Assembly: GCA_038230375.1 (NCBI GenBank)
Contig: JBBRNJ010000038.1
Coordinates: 1-64,000, forward strand
DNA length: 64,000 nt
Direction of reading: 5' to 3'
Source: Polyangiales bacterium
GTDB lineage: Bacteria; Myxococcota_A; Polyangia; Polyangiales; Polyangiaceae
Under the pieces are notes generated by a model. It was given only the letters and a program-made list of their open reading frames with translations, searched no databases and was not told the origin of the DNA. The position numbers and the translations under genes are program-made. Every line of letters starts with the position of its first letter. Within the stretch, counting starts at the first letter, position 1. Shown piece by piece: positions 18,434 through 28,043 of the stretch.

Positions 18434-19600
18434 CTACTCGTTGCCGTCGTTGCCGTCGTTGACGTCGCTGACGTCGCTGATGTCGTCTGCCCAGCGCTCG
18501 CGGAATGCTGCTTCCGGCGTGGAGTCGCGGAGCCGCACGGCCGACTCCCGACCTTCGCCGGCCGCTGCCATGATCTCTGTGGTCTTGGCGTCGTCCGTCA
18601 TGCGAGGCACGGACGCGGACCCGCGCTTGTTCTGGGCGATCACGTTGGCCATCTCGTTGCGGAGGAAGACGCGCATGTCACCCACTCCGAGCGACAGGGC
18701 CACACGGCGAAGCTCGAATTCCATCACGCCCGCGTCCGAGTAACGCTGCTCAGGGTCCTGCGCGAGCGCGCCGTTGAGCACATCGAAGAGCTCGCGCGGC
18801 AGGCGCGGGCGGAACGCCGGTTGGTCCATCGCGCCATCGCGCGCCAGCGCGATCACCTCTGCGTGGTGCGCCGGCTGCGTGAAGCGCGGACCCACGAGCA
18901 TCTCGCGAAGGAGCAGGCCGAGCGAGAACACATCCGAGCGCGCGTCCGCCGGAACGCCCGACACGACCTCAGGCGCAAGGCTCACCGCGCGGTGCGCGAT
19001 CATCTTCAGATTGCGAATGGACGACGCGGCGTGCCTTGCCCCGGCGAGCTCGAAGTCCGCGACCTTCACCTGTCCTTCGGGGGAGAGCAGCACCTCACGC
19101 GAAGACAGCTCGCCGTGGATGACCGACAGGCGCTGACCTCTTGCGTCCGTGGCCATCTGGGCGCCCGACAGCGCCTCTGCGATCTCCAGCGTGATGAACA
19201 GCGCCAGATCGAGCGGCAGCCTGCGGCCGTCAGCCGTGACCGCGTCCAGGAAGCGGCGGAGGGAAAGCCCAGGCACCAGCTCCGTCACCAGATACGGCTG
19301 GCACTCCTCGAACACGCCGAACTCGAAGACGGAGACGACATTTGGATGCAGAATACACGCAGACCGGCGGGCGCTGCGAAGGATGGCGCTCTCCACCACC
19401 GCGCGACCCTCGGTGGCCGTCGTGCCGAAGATCTTGATCGCGACCTTGCGTGAGACGCCGGTGCGCAGATCGTGCAGCGTGGCGCTGTGCACGAAGGACA
19501 TCGTGCCCCGACCGATGAGCCCGCCGAGCTCTACTGCGCGATCCTCGCCCAGTGAAATCGAACCTGCGGGTGGTGGTGTGTAACGATTCGGGTGCTGCAT
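18434..19600 (-). CDS. Ser/Thr kinase-like protein, probable pseudokinase
   Basis: VAIK, HPNVV, APE and RSDVFSLG retained; HRD replaced by HGE and DFG by DFE. Confidence 0.85.
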   Translation of the reverse strand: MQHPNRYTPPPAGSISLGEDRAVELGGLIGRGTMSFVHSATLHDLRTGVSRKVAIKIFGTTATEGRAVVESAILRSARRSACILHPNVVSVFEFGVFEECQPYLVTELVPGLSLRRFLDAVTADGRRLPLDLALFITLEIAEALSGAQMATDARGQRLSVIHGELSSREVLLSPEGQVKVADFELAGARHAASSIRNLKMIAHRAVSLAPEVVSGVPADARSDVFSLGLLLREMLVGPRFTQPAHHAEVIALARDGAMDQPAFRPRLPRELFDVLNGALAQDPEQRYSDAGVMEFELRRVALSLGVGDMRVFLRNEMANVIAQNKRGSASVPRMTDDAKTTEIMAAAGEGRESAVRLRDSTPEAAFRERWADDISDVSDVNDGNDGNE

Positions 19601-19886
19601 GGACCTACTTCGGCCCCCGCTGCGATCATTGCAACTGGCGGACCAGACGCGGCTGCAGCCGTGCGCAGCAAATCGTGCTGCGACTCCCGAATGCGACAGA
19701 CCTGGATTGGTGCACTGACTCGGTCGCGATCCAGGCGCAGATCTCGGGGGAAACAAGCCGGATCCTGCGAACATCTACTCCGGTGTGGGCGCCACAGGAG
19801 TGCTAATGATCGTTCACCTTGAACATGTGGACGAGCCCCAAGGGCGAGGACCTTGTGCGAGACGACCGACCGAAGGGAGGAAAGTC

Positions 19887-20186
19887 TTGAAGACGGCGGA
19901 TCGGCTCCCCACGGTGCACTTTCTGGTCTGCGGCAACACCCGGCCGGAGGACTCGCCGCTCGGTCGTGGCTGCGGGCTCGTGGGCGAGCACGTCTACGTC
20001 GCGTTGAAGCAAGAGGTGACGCAAAAGCGTGCGACCGTCGACGTGTGGGTCACGAAGACCGCGTGCCTTGGACTGTGTCCGAAGCACGGCGCGACCGTCG
20101 CGGTATATCCGGCGCGGGTGTTCTACACTGAGGTGGAGGCGGGAGACGCCGAGGAGCTCTATCAAGACCATGCAAAAGCCCGCTGA
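19887..20186 (+). CDS. thioredoxin-like [2Fe-2S] ferredoxin
   Basis: FLVCGN..GCG and TACLGLCPKHGATVAVYP; TTG start after GGGAGG. Confidence 0.8.
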   Translation: MKTADRLPTVHFLVCGNTRPEDSPLGRGCGLVGEHVYVALKQEVTQKRATVDVWVTKTACLGLCPKHGATVAVYPARVFYTEVEAGDAEELYQDHAKAR

Positions 20187-20445
20187 GCTGACGCTCCAGG
20201 AGCTGACGGAGTTGATCTCGGAGATCGAGGCGCTCCAGGAGAAGAAGGTCATCGACCTGGCGCGGCGCCTTCATCCTGGGCTCACCCACGACGACATCAA
20301 GAACCCGCACGACTTCCCCGAGCTCAACGATCCCGACTGGCACTATGCGGACGGCGTGCTCACTGGCATCCAGACCGTGAAGATGGCGGTGCTCTCTCGC
20401 ATCCGAAGCTCGCGCGACAGCAGGCCGGAGGAAACGTCGTCGTGA
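20170..20445 (+). CDS. small hypothetical protein
   Basis: Coupled to both neighbours; good codon usage; NPHDFPEL..DPDWHYADG. Confidence 0.75.
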   Translation: MQKPAELTLQELTELISEIEALQEKKVIDLARRLHPGLTHDDIKNPHDFPELNDPDWHYADGVLTGIQTVKMAVLSRIRSSRDSRPEETSS

Positions 20446-21155
20446 CGAGAAAAGACAAGGCCGACAAGGGCTCGCCGTTCTTCGCGCTGAACGAGCTGAA
20501 GAACCGGATGGAGAAGGAGGCGGCGCAGAAGGAGACCGCAGGCGCGAAGAAGCCCGCATCGCCTGCGCCCAGAGGCAGTGCCGCGAAGAAGACTGGCACC
20601 GTGGCTGCCCACGACGAAGAGGTGGAGAGCTTCCATCGGATGATGATGGGCGTCGCGCCCATGCCCACGGACAAGCCCGTCCGCGCTGGCGCCGAGCCCA
20701 CGAAGAACCTGCGCGCCGACGAGATCAGGGGCCGGGCTGGGGCAGAGGCGGAGGAGGCGCGCGAGCGGCTGGCCGCGCTGGCAATGGGCGACCTGAAGTT
20801 CGAGGTCACGGACGACGGCGCGCACATGGAAGGCAGGCGCGCCGACGCCCAGCCGGAGCTGCTCAGGAAGCTGCGTCGCGGCGTCCTGCCTGTGGACGTG
20901 ACGCTGGACCTGCACGGGCTGCGCGCGACCGAGGCGGAGGAGTCGCTCTTCGCGTTCCTGGCGAAGGCGCGCACCGCAGGGGAGCGCGTCGCGCGTATCA
21001 TCCACGGCAAGGGGCACCACTCACCCGGAAATATCGGCGTGCTTCGCGGAGAGCTGGGCGCGTGGCTTTCGCAGGGGCGCTCGAGCAGGCTGGTCGTCGC
21101 GTTTGCAACGGCGCCAGCCGACAGTGGTGCAACGCTGGTGGCGCTCGCGCGGTAG
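20442..21155 (+). CDS. Smr/MutS2-domain protein
   Basis: LRKLRRG, TLDLHG, IIHGKGHHS, GATLV. Confidence 0.92.
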   Translation: MTRKDKADKGSPFFALNELKNRMEKEAAQKETAGAKKPASPAPRGSAAKKTGTVAAHDEEVESFHRMMMGVAPMPTDKPVRAGAEPTKNLRADEIRGRAGAEAEEARERLAALAMGDLKFEVTDDGAHMEGRRADAQPELLRKLRRGVLPVDVTLDLHGLRATEAEESLFAFLAKARTAGERVARIIHGKGHHSPGNIGVLRGELGAWLSQGRSSRLVVAFATAPADSGATLVALAR

Positions 21156-21203
21156 CTCGACTACCGTGATGGGTCGGATACCCCTCTCTAGAAGGGAACA
21201 CGC

Positions 21204-22124
21204 ATGGTCGAAAAGCTCCAGAAGGTCTGGCTCGATGGTGAGCTCGTCGCGTGGGATGACGCGAACGTTCACATTCTCACGCACAGCCTCCACTATGGCG
21301 TTGGCGCGTTCGAAGGCATCCGCGCCTACAAGCGCGCGGACGGCAAGACGTACGTGTTCCGCCTCAAGGAGCACATCGATCGCCTGTGGGACTCGTGCCG
21401 GCTGACGCTGCTCACACCGCGCGTGAGCAAGGAGCAGATCACCGACGCCTGCACCGAGCTCCTCCGCGTGAACAACCTGGAGGAGGGTTACCTGCGTCCC
21501 ATGTTCTTCATGGGCGACGGGGCGATGGGCATCTACGCACCCGACAACCCCATTCGTGCCACCGTCATCGCATGGAAGTGGGGCGCCTACCTTGGCGAAG
21601 AGGCACTGAAGCGCGGCATCCGCGCGAAGATCAGCTCGTTCGCGCGACACCACATCAACGTGAGCCTCGCGAAGGCAAAGCTGACCGGCCAGTACGCGAA
21701 CAGCGTGCTTGCAAAGCGCGAGGCGAAGTTCGGTGGATACGACGAGGCGATACTCCTCGACGTGAACGGCTTCGTCTCCGAGGGTACGGGCGAGAACATC
21801 TTCATCGTGAAGAAGGGCGTGCTCCACACGCCGGATCTCTCGAGCAGCATCCTGGAAGGCATCACGCGCGACACAGTCATGGTGATCGCTCGGGAGCTCG
21901 GCCTGGAGGTGCGTGAGTGCCGCATCACGCGCGACCAGCTCTGGCTCGCGGACGAGGTGTTCTTCACCGGCACGGCCGCGGAGGTCACGCCCGTTCGCGA
22001 GGTCGACAACCGCCCGATCGGCGACGGCGTCGTTGGCCCCATCACCAAGCGCATCCAGACACGCTTCTTCGACATCGTGCGTGGCTCGGACTCCTCGCAC
22101 CCCGAATGGCTCACCAAGGTCTGA
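21204..22124 (+). CDS. ilvE: branched-chain amino acid aminotransferase
   Basis: HSLHYGVGAFEGIRAY, AKLTGQY, EGTGENIF, ILEGITR, TGTAAEVTP. Confidence 0.97.
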   Translation: MVEKLQKVWLDGELVAWDDANVHILTHSLHYGVGAFEGIRAYKRADGKTYVFRLKEHIDRLWDSCRLTLLTPRVSKEQITDACTELLRVNNLEEGYLRPMFFMGDGAMGIYAPDNPIRATVIAWKWGAYLGEEALKRGIRAKISSFARHHINVSLAKAKLTGQYANSVLAKREAKFGGYDEAILLDVNGFVSEGTGENIFIVKKGVLHTPDLSSSILEGITRDTVMVIARELGLEVRECRITRDQLWLADEVFFTGTAAEVTPVREVDNRPIGDGVVGPITKRIQTRFFDIVRGSDSSHPEWLTKV

Positions 22125-22822
22125 ACGCACGCACGCTGCTGTGTGCGCTTCTTCTGCTCTGCATCGACAGCGCGGGGTGCGGCGATCCTCCGCCGGTCAA
22201 CGCGCCCACCCGCCAGGATCCGGCGGTGAAGGCAGACCCGCCCTCGCCCGAGTTCGCCGAGAGCACGTGGGGTAAGTTCCATTCGGAGCGCTTCCAGCTC
22301 ACGGTGCCGCTGCCGGATGGCAAGCACTGGAAGATCGACGATCACACGCAGCCGCAGCTGGTGGCAAAGCACGCCGGTACCAGCTCCGCCGTCACGCTCT
22401 ACACGACCTTCGAGCGAGACCTCGTGAACCACAAAGCGTGCGAGGACCGCGCACGTGATGCGGGCCTGGTCCCGAAGGAGCTGCGGACGGTCGAAAGCAC
22501 CGTGACCATCGGCCCCGAGGCGTTCGATTCCAGGATCTGGGTCGCGATCGAGCAGGGCAATGCATCGGCGAAGGATTCGCGGCTCACGGGCCACATCTTC
22601 CTGTTCGGCGCATACGTTCGAAAGTGCCTATTTTTCCACCTCGCGACCACCGTGCCTACGGCCCAGGACGAGCCGCGCCTTTCCGCGCGCCTGGCGTCGG
22701 CACGCGTGAGCATGGTCGCCGATCTCAAGATCGATCCGCCGCGCACGACCTTTGAATCGGACCTCCCCACGCAAGCTCCAACGCAGCCCCCGACACGGCC
22801 TGCGCCGCCGCCGGCACACTGA
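22106..22822 (+). CDS. hypothetical lipoprotein
   Basis: Hydrophobic N-terminus with AGC lipobox; start uncertain. Confidence 0.65.
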   Translation: MAHQGLNARTLLCALLLLCIDSAGCGDPPPVNAPTRQDPAVKADPPSPEFAESTWGKFHSERFQLTVPLPDGKHWKIDDHTQPQLVAKHAGTSSAVTLYTTFERDLVNHKACEDRARDAGLVPKELRTVESTVTIGPEAFDSRIWVAIEQGNASAKDSRLTGHIFLFGAYVRKCLFFHLATTVPTAQDEPRLSARLASARVSMVADLKIDPPRTTFESDLPTQAPTQPPTRPAPPPAH

Positions 22823-22838
22823 GGTATACTGGAAGGTC

Positions 22839-23435
22839 ATGAGCGGGCGCGGCCAGATAAGAGGCGGCGTGCTCCTCTCGCGGCTCGCCTTCGTGCGTGA
22901 GCAAGCCGGCGAGTCGGGGCTGCGCGCTGTCGTGGGCGCGCTGACCGAGGCCGACCGCGTGCTCGTCACCGACATCGTCCTTGCGATCGGCTGGTATCCG
23001 TTCGAGACCCAGGAGCGCCTCGACGCGGCCATCGCGGAGCATCTTGGCGGCACGACGATCTACCGCGCGCTCGGCGCTCACTCCGCCACGTCCGCGTTGA
23101 CCACCACGCACAAGAACTTCGTACGCGAGCACGATCCTCATGCGCTCTTGAAGCACATTGCCCAGCTGCACCGCCTCTACAAGGACACGGGACAGATGAC
23201 CTACGATCGCGTGGACGACGGCACCGCGGTGCTCCGCGCGTTCGAATGCGACAGCTTCTCGCTCTCCGACTGCCTCACGAACCTGGGCTGGCACGAGCGC
23301 GCGATCGAGATGTGCGGAGGCCGCAACGTCCGCGCGACGGAGACGCGCTGCCGCACGAAGGGCGACTACATGTGCGAATACACGTGCCGCTGGGACATGG
23401 GACCCCCGTCAATCCGTCCACCCCCAGCCCGCTGA
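22839..23435 (+). CDS. myxobacterial TIGR02265-like protein with V4R-type C-terminus
   Basis: IRGGVL, GWYP, and C-terminal ETRCRTKGDYMCEYTCRW (V4R-like). Confidence 0.7.
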   Translation: MSGRGQIRGGVLLSRLAFVREQAGESGLRAVVGALTEADRVLVTDIVLAIGWYPFETQERLDAAIAEHLGGTTIYRALGAHSATSALTTTHKNFVREHDPHALLKHIAQLHRLYKDTGQMTYDRVDDGTAVLRAFECDSFSLSDCLTNLGWHERAIEMCGGRNVRATETRCRTKGDYMCEYTCRWDMGPPSIRPPPAR

Positions 23436-23446
23436 CAGCAAAGGCC

Positions 23447-24064
23447 CTAGTTACAGAGGTTGGTGATCTTGCAGGTGCCGCCGCCTTTGCACGGGAGACC
23501 CACGCCGCCGTCGAAGCCGCACGTACGACAGGCGGGCCCGCTCTGCTGCACGCAGACGTTGTACGGCTGGGCGCAGATCGCGGGGCTGAAAGCGCAGATG
23601 CAGTCGTCGTAGGTGGCTGGGCCCCTGCCTTCGCAGGCCGAAGATGTCGGCGTGGAGACACAGAAGCCGAGCGTCTGCGAATGATCCGAGCCGTTGTTGG
23701 CGCAGAGGACGCATGGGAACGTGGCGCCTGGGCAGCCCGTGCAGTCGGCCACCTTCGTGAGGTTGCCATTGCAGGTGTACGCCAGGACCGGCGCCCCTGA
23801 GTCTTTGGGCGTGAACGCGTCGATCGTGTTGCCGCCATCGCTGGGCGAACCACCGTCCGCATTCGGCATCCCGCCGCCATCCGGCGTGTCGGCCACGGTG
23901 CCATCCAGCTCGCTGGTGGCGTCGATCGTTCCGTCGACCGTGCCGTCCTTCGCATCGCAGTTGTCACCGCAGGCGAGGCCATTGAATGATGCGGCGAGCG
24001 AGCAGGCCGCCATGAACGCGGAGAGCATCACTGTGATCGCTGCAGTGAGAGGGATCCGTCGCAC
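23447..24064 (-). CDS. Cys-rich secreted protein or lipoprotein
   Basis: AAC lipobox, DG-rich linker, Cys-rich C-terminus; start uncertain. Confidence 0.7.
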   Translation of the reverse strand: MRRIPLTAAITVMLSAFMAACSLAASFNGLACGDNCDAKDGTVDGTIDATSELDGTVADTPDGGGMPNADGGSPSDGGNTIDAFTPKDSGAPVLAYTCNGNLTKVADCTGCPGATFPCVLCANNGSDHSQTLGFCVSTPTSSACEGRGPATYDDCICAFSPAICAQPYNVCVQQSGPACRTCGFDGGVGLPCKGGGTCKITNLCN

Positions 24065-24131
24065 GCTTCTAGCGTACCGTGCCCAGGGGAGAAGCCGCAG
24101 ACAAAGCTGGAGCGTCCTCGGTCGCGGCCGG

Positions 24132-24545
24132 TCAGGGGTTGGGGGTGCCGCCGGGCGGACACGATGTGCCCGTACCCTTGCACTGGTTCTGGCCCGCGCA
24201 CGAGTGCGCCATGGCACCACACGTGGCCTTCGTCACGCAGCCGCTCTTGCCCTTGCATTCGTTCTTGCCCATGCAGCAATCCTTCGGGGCCTGCTGCTGG
24301 TGCGCGGTTGTCCGCGGCCGTTTCACCACCCTGCCGCTCGCCGTTTCGTCCGTTGCGATCCCGAGCTCCCCCTCCGCAGGCGACGCCAGTGGCGTTCCAG
24401 TGCGCGCGTGCGCGGAAGGCGCCGCGGCGATCGGCGCCTCGATGGGCGCCGCAACCACTGGCGGCGGGTCCGTTCCACATCCCATTCCCGCCACGGCTGC
24501 AAGCATCGCGGCGCGAACCACGCATCCGACACGGGTGACATCCAT
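24132..24545 (-). CDS. lipoprotein with BufA2-like CxGxNxCKG repeats
   Basis: GMGC lipobox; CCMGKNECKGKSGC...CAGQNQCKGTG. Confidence 0.65.
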   Translation of the reverse strand: MDVTRVGCVVRAAMLAAVAGMGCGTDPPPVVAAPIEAPIAAAPSAHARTGTPLASPAEGELGIATDETASGRVVKRPRTTAHQQQAPKDCCMGKNECKGKSGCVTKATCGAMAHSCAGQNQCKGTGTSCPPGGTPNP

Positions 24546-24625
24546 GGAAGAGAGACCTCCGCGACCCGAAATCCTTGGCGCCCACGACGAAGTGACGCGG
24601 CCGCCAACACAGGTATGATCCCACA

Positions 24626-25420
24626 ATGTCGCGCACGCGCGTAGCTGTCATCACTCTCTTCGCCGTGGCCAGCGCGATCGCCGCGGCCTGCGGGAGCTTC
24701 TCCGGCAGCGATCAGAGCGTCGGTGCCGACAGCGGAACGAACCAGGATGCAACGACGGAGGCCGGGAGCGGCCTCCACTTCTGCCAGATGCAGGACGCCG
24801 AGTACTGTACCGACTTCGACACTCCGAGCCTGCTCTACGCCCCTTTCGTGCCGTACACGACCGTCGACGCCTCACTCGCGGCAACCGACGCCGGCGCCGT
24901 TTCTCCCCCGACCGCGCTCGTGGCGGTCGCAGTTCCGTCGGTCCAGAACGCTGACCCGCTGGGCGAGGCCGTCATCGGCCTCCAGGCAGTGTCCCTCGGC
25001 ACGGGGCGACAGATCGAGCTCGACATCCGCGTCCTCGATCCGAAGACCGGCGGCATTGTCGTACAGCTCTATGGCGTCCAGGCGGACGGAGGTTTGTCGA
25101 GCGGCGGTTTCGTCGTCACGGGCGTGAATGGGGGGGTCTATGCGGCGAGCTTCTATCTCGACGGCGGCGAGGTCGGCTCGCAGGGTATCGTGTCTTCCGC
25201 CCAGGACAATCCGCCGATGCACCTCAGGATCGAGCTGACCCCGGTCGACGGCGGCGCCACGTTCCTCGTGCATGCAACCATCAGCGGGAAAGCGCTCGAC
25301 CAGCCCGCCCCCGTGCTCGTCCCCGGCGTGTTCACCGACATGCGGATCGCAGTGGGCGCGCAGGCGTCGCTAAATTCGCCCCCATTTCGCGTGGAACTCG
25401 ACAACGTCGTCGTTCGCTGA
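24626..25420 (+). CDS. hypothetical lipoprotein
   Basis: AAAC lipobox, C..C.DFD motif, beta-rich, ends ELDNVVVR. Confidence 0.75.
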   Translation: MSRTRVAVITLFAVASAIAAACGSFSGSDQSVGADSGTNQDATTEAGSGLHFCQMQDAEYCTDFDTPSLLYAPFVPYTTVDASLAATDAGAVSPPTALVAVAVPSVQNADPLGEAVIGLQAVSLGTGRQIELDIRVLDPKTGGIVVQLYGVQADGGLSSGGFVVTGVNGGVYAASFYLDGGEVGSQGIVSSAQDNPPMHLRIELTPVDGGATFLVHATISGKALDQPAPVLVPGVFTDMRIAVGAQASLNSPPFRVELDNVVVR

Positions 25421-25444
25421 TCTCGCTGGTAAGCTCCTGCCCGC

Positions 25445-26260
25445 ATGAGCGAGCCGCTCGATACGGACGTGGCGATCGAGACGCCCGAGCACATCGTCTT
25501 CCAGTGGAAGGTGGCGGGCCCCGGACGGCGCGCGGCTGCGTACGCGATCGACATCTTCGTCTGCTACTTCGTGGTCGCAGTCGTCGGCTTCATCGTGATC
25601 GTCGCGCTGAGCGCAGGGAGCGCGGTCACGGTCGGGGGCAGCGTGGAGGAGGTGGGGAAGGCGGGCGTCGGTATCCTCCTGGTGCTGCTCTTCCTCGCAC
25701 AATGGGGCTACTTCACCGCGCTCGAGGCGACGCGCGGCGCGACCATCGGCAAGAGCGCGCTCGGCCTTCGCGTGGTCACCACCATGGGCCGCCCCATCGG
25801 CTTCTCGGCTTCCCTCCTCCGCAACCTGCTGCGCGCGGCGGACGCGCTGCCGTTCGGCTACATCGCGGGCGTCGTTGCCATGGCGCTCACGCGGCGCTTC
25901 CAGCGCATGGGTGATCTCGTGGCGGGCACCATGGTGGTCCGCACGGAGCGTGCGAGCGCGACCCGCCCGATCATACTGCGGCCGCCGCCGACGCCCGCGG
26001 AGCTGCGCGAGCTGCCTGACGACGTGCGCCTGGATCCGGAAGAGCGCGCCGCGTTCGAGCTCTTCTTGCGCCGCGATCATGCGCTGGGCGGCGCACGCCG
26101 CGACGAGCTCGCGAGCCTGCTCTCGGACATGTTGACGCGGCGCTTTGGCGTGAAGCAGATACCGCCCGCGCGCGCCATTGCGCTCATCTACGATCAGGCC
26201 GTCAACGCGGGCCGCGCGGAAGGCCCAGCCTCTTCGCGCGGGGCAGCGTCATGGCGCTAG
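25445..26260 (+). CDS. RDD family membrane protein
   Basis: IETPEHI, AGPGRRAAAYAID, GATIGK..LGLRVV, QRMGDLVAGTMVV. Confidence 0.92.
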   Translation: MSEPLDTDVAIETPEHIVFQWKVAGPGRRAAAYAIDIFVCYFVVAVVGFIVIVALSAGSAVTVGGSVEEVGKAGVGILLVLLFLAQWGYFTALEATRGATIGKSALGLRVVTTMGRPIGFSASLLRNLLRAADALPFGYIAGVVAMALTRRFQRMGDLVAGTMVVRTERASATRPIILRPPPTPAELRELPDDVRLDPEERAAFELFLRRDHALGGARRDELASLLSDMLTRRFGVKQIPPARAIALIYDQAVNAGRAEGPASSRGAASWR

Positions 26261-27264
26261 TCTCCGCCGTCACGGAGCGCGCGTTCATCGAGCGCCGCGA
26301 GAAGGACTGGAACCAGCTCGAGGCCATCGTGCGCATCGTGGACGCGCGCGGGCTTCGCCACCTTGGACCGCTGGAGCTCCGTCAGCTGTCACCGCTCTAC
26401 AGGGACGTGTGCGCGGACCTCGCGCGCGCGAAGGCGTCACACTACTCGCCGCCGCTGCTCGACTACCTCACGGGCCTGGTCGCCCACGCACATGGCGTGA
26501 TGTACGGCGCACACGCGCGTGGAGGGAAGACGGCGCGCCGCGGTGAGGCCGGCCTGTTCCGCGTTCGCGATCTCTATGCAGCGTTTCCACGCGCGATCCG
26601 CAAGCGCTGGCGCTCCATGGCCATCGCCGCGGCGCTGTTCATCTTGCCGTTCGTGTTCGGCCTGGTGATGTCGTCCATCCATCCGGAGTTCGCGTTCCGC
26701 GTGGCGCCGGAGGACATGCTCAAGCCGCTGACGGAGGCCTATCAGAAGGGCTTCAACGGTCGCGGTAGCGGTGAGAACACGATGATGGCCGGGTTCTACG
26801 TGAACAACAACATCGGCATCGCGCTGCGTTGCTTCGCGCTCGGGATCTTCGGCGGCATCGGCTCGGCCTTCTACCTGGTACACAACGGGCTCGCGACGGG
26901 TGCGATCCTCGGGTACGTCGCGTCGCAGGGCGCAGGCCAGAACATCTTCACCTTTGTGGTGGGGCACTCCACGTTCGAGCTGGGCGCGATCATCATCGCA
27001 GGCGGCGGCGGCCTCTCCATGGGCTGGTCCGTCGTGTCACCGGGCGACAAGACACGCCTCGACTCGCTGCGCGCAGCCGCGGGTGAGCTCGTTGTCATCG
27101 CCACGGGCGCCACGGTGATGCTGCTCATCGCCGCGGGCATCGAAGGCTTCTGGTCCGCGTCGAGCATTCCCGAGGTGGTGAAGCGCATCGTGGGCATCCT
27201 GAACTTCCTGCTCGTGGGCAGCTACATCCTCTTCGCAGGCCGAAAGAAGGCCGTGGCGACATGA
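26251..27264 (+). CDS. SpoIIM-family membrane protein
   Basis: FIERREKDW, LYR..ADLA, NNIGIA, HSTFEL, IAAGIEGF. Confidence 0.9.
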   Translation: MALVSAVTERAFIERREKDWNQLEAIVRIVDARGLRHLGPLELRQLSPLYRDVCADLARAKASHYSPPLLDYLTGLVAHAHGVMYGAHARGGKTARRGEAGLFRVRDLYAAFPRAIRKRWRSMAIAAALFILPFVFGLVMSSIHPEFAFRVAPEDMLKPLTEAYQKGFNGRGSGENTMMAGFYVNNNIGIALRCFALGIFGGIGSAFYLVHNGLATGAILGYVASQGAGQNIFTFVVGHSTFELGAIIIAGGGGLSMGWSVVSPGDKTRLDSLRAAAGELVVIATGATVMLLIAAGIEGFWSASSIPEVVKRIVGILNFLLVGSYILFAGRKKAVAT

Positions 27265-28043
27265 ATGTGGCGGAGGCACGCGTCGCGCTACGAGAGCGCA
27301 GCCTGTGGGACGTCCTGGACGTCGCCCTCCGCTTCTTCGTGGCCAACGCGCGCGCGTACATCTGGCCGTCGCTCCTGTGCGTGGTCCCATCGGCTGCCCT
27401 CTCCACGCTTGTGGGCAGCGCCGCGGGCCCGGAGTGGGGCTGGTTCACGGCGGTGGGTCTGTCGCTCTTCGCCGCCACGCCGGTCACCGTCATGACGTCG
27501 CGCCTGGTGTTCGACGCACGCCCGAAGACGGGTGAGATCCTCGTCACCTCCATCGGCAAGAGCCTCGCGCTCCTGCCGCTCCGCATTCTCCAGCTCGTCC
27601 TCGTCGGCATGGGCATCGTGTTCTTCGTCATCCCGGGCGCGTGGCTCGCTGTCCTGTTCTTCACGGCACCAGAGATCATGATCGCGGAGAGCTCCGGCCC
27701 CATCGCAACCTTCTCGCGCGCGCAGCGCATCATCGGCGCGGCGTTCGGTGACATGGCCGTGATGTCGATCGTGGTGCTGGTCGGGCGGCTCGTGGCGGTG
27801 ATTGTCCTGGACGTGTCCGCGCGCGCGCTGCTCACCGACCTGCTCCAGGTGAGCGCCCCTCCGCCGGTCTGGGAGTCCTACGGCGGCGTGATCTCGTACA
27901 CCGCATTCTTCCTGGTGCTGCCGCTCGAGGCCGTCGCCCGCTTCTTCTCGTACCTCAACGTGCGTACCAAGACCGAGGGCTGGGACATCCAGGCCCGCTT
28001 CCTGGAGATCGCGCGCCGCAGCGAGGAAGGTGCGCCGTCATGA
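27261..28043 (+). CDS. integral membrane protein of the RDD/SpoIIM/MoxR operon
   Basis: LRER..DVLD at the N-terminus, multiple TM segments, YLNVRTKTEGWDI. Confidence 0.8.
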   Translation: MNVAEARVALRERSLWDVLDVALRFFVANARAYIWPSLLCVVPSAALSTLVGSAAGPEWGWFTAVGLSLFAATPVTVMTSRLVFDARPKTGEILVTSIGKSLALLPLRILQLVLVGMGIVFFVIPGAWLAVLFFTAPEIMIAESSGPIATFSRAQRIIGAAFGDMAVMSIVVLVGRLVAVIVLDVSARALLTDLLQVSAPPPVWESYGGVISYTAFFLVLPLEAVARFFSYLNVRTKTEGWDIQARFLEIARRSEEGAPS

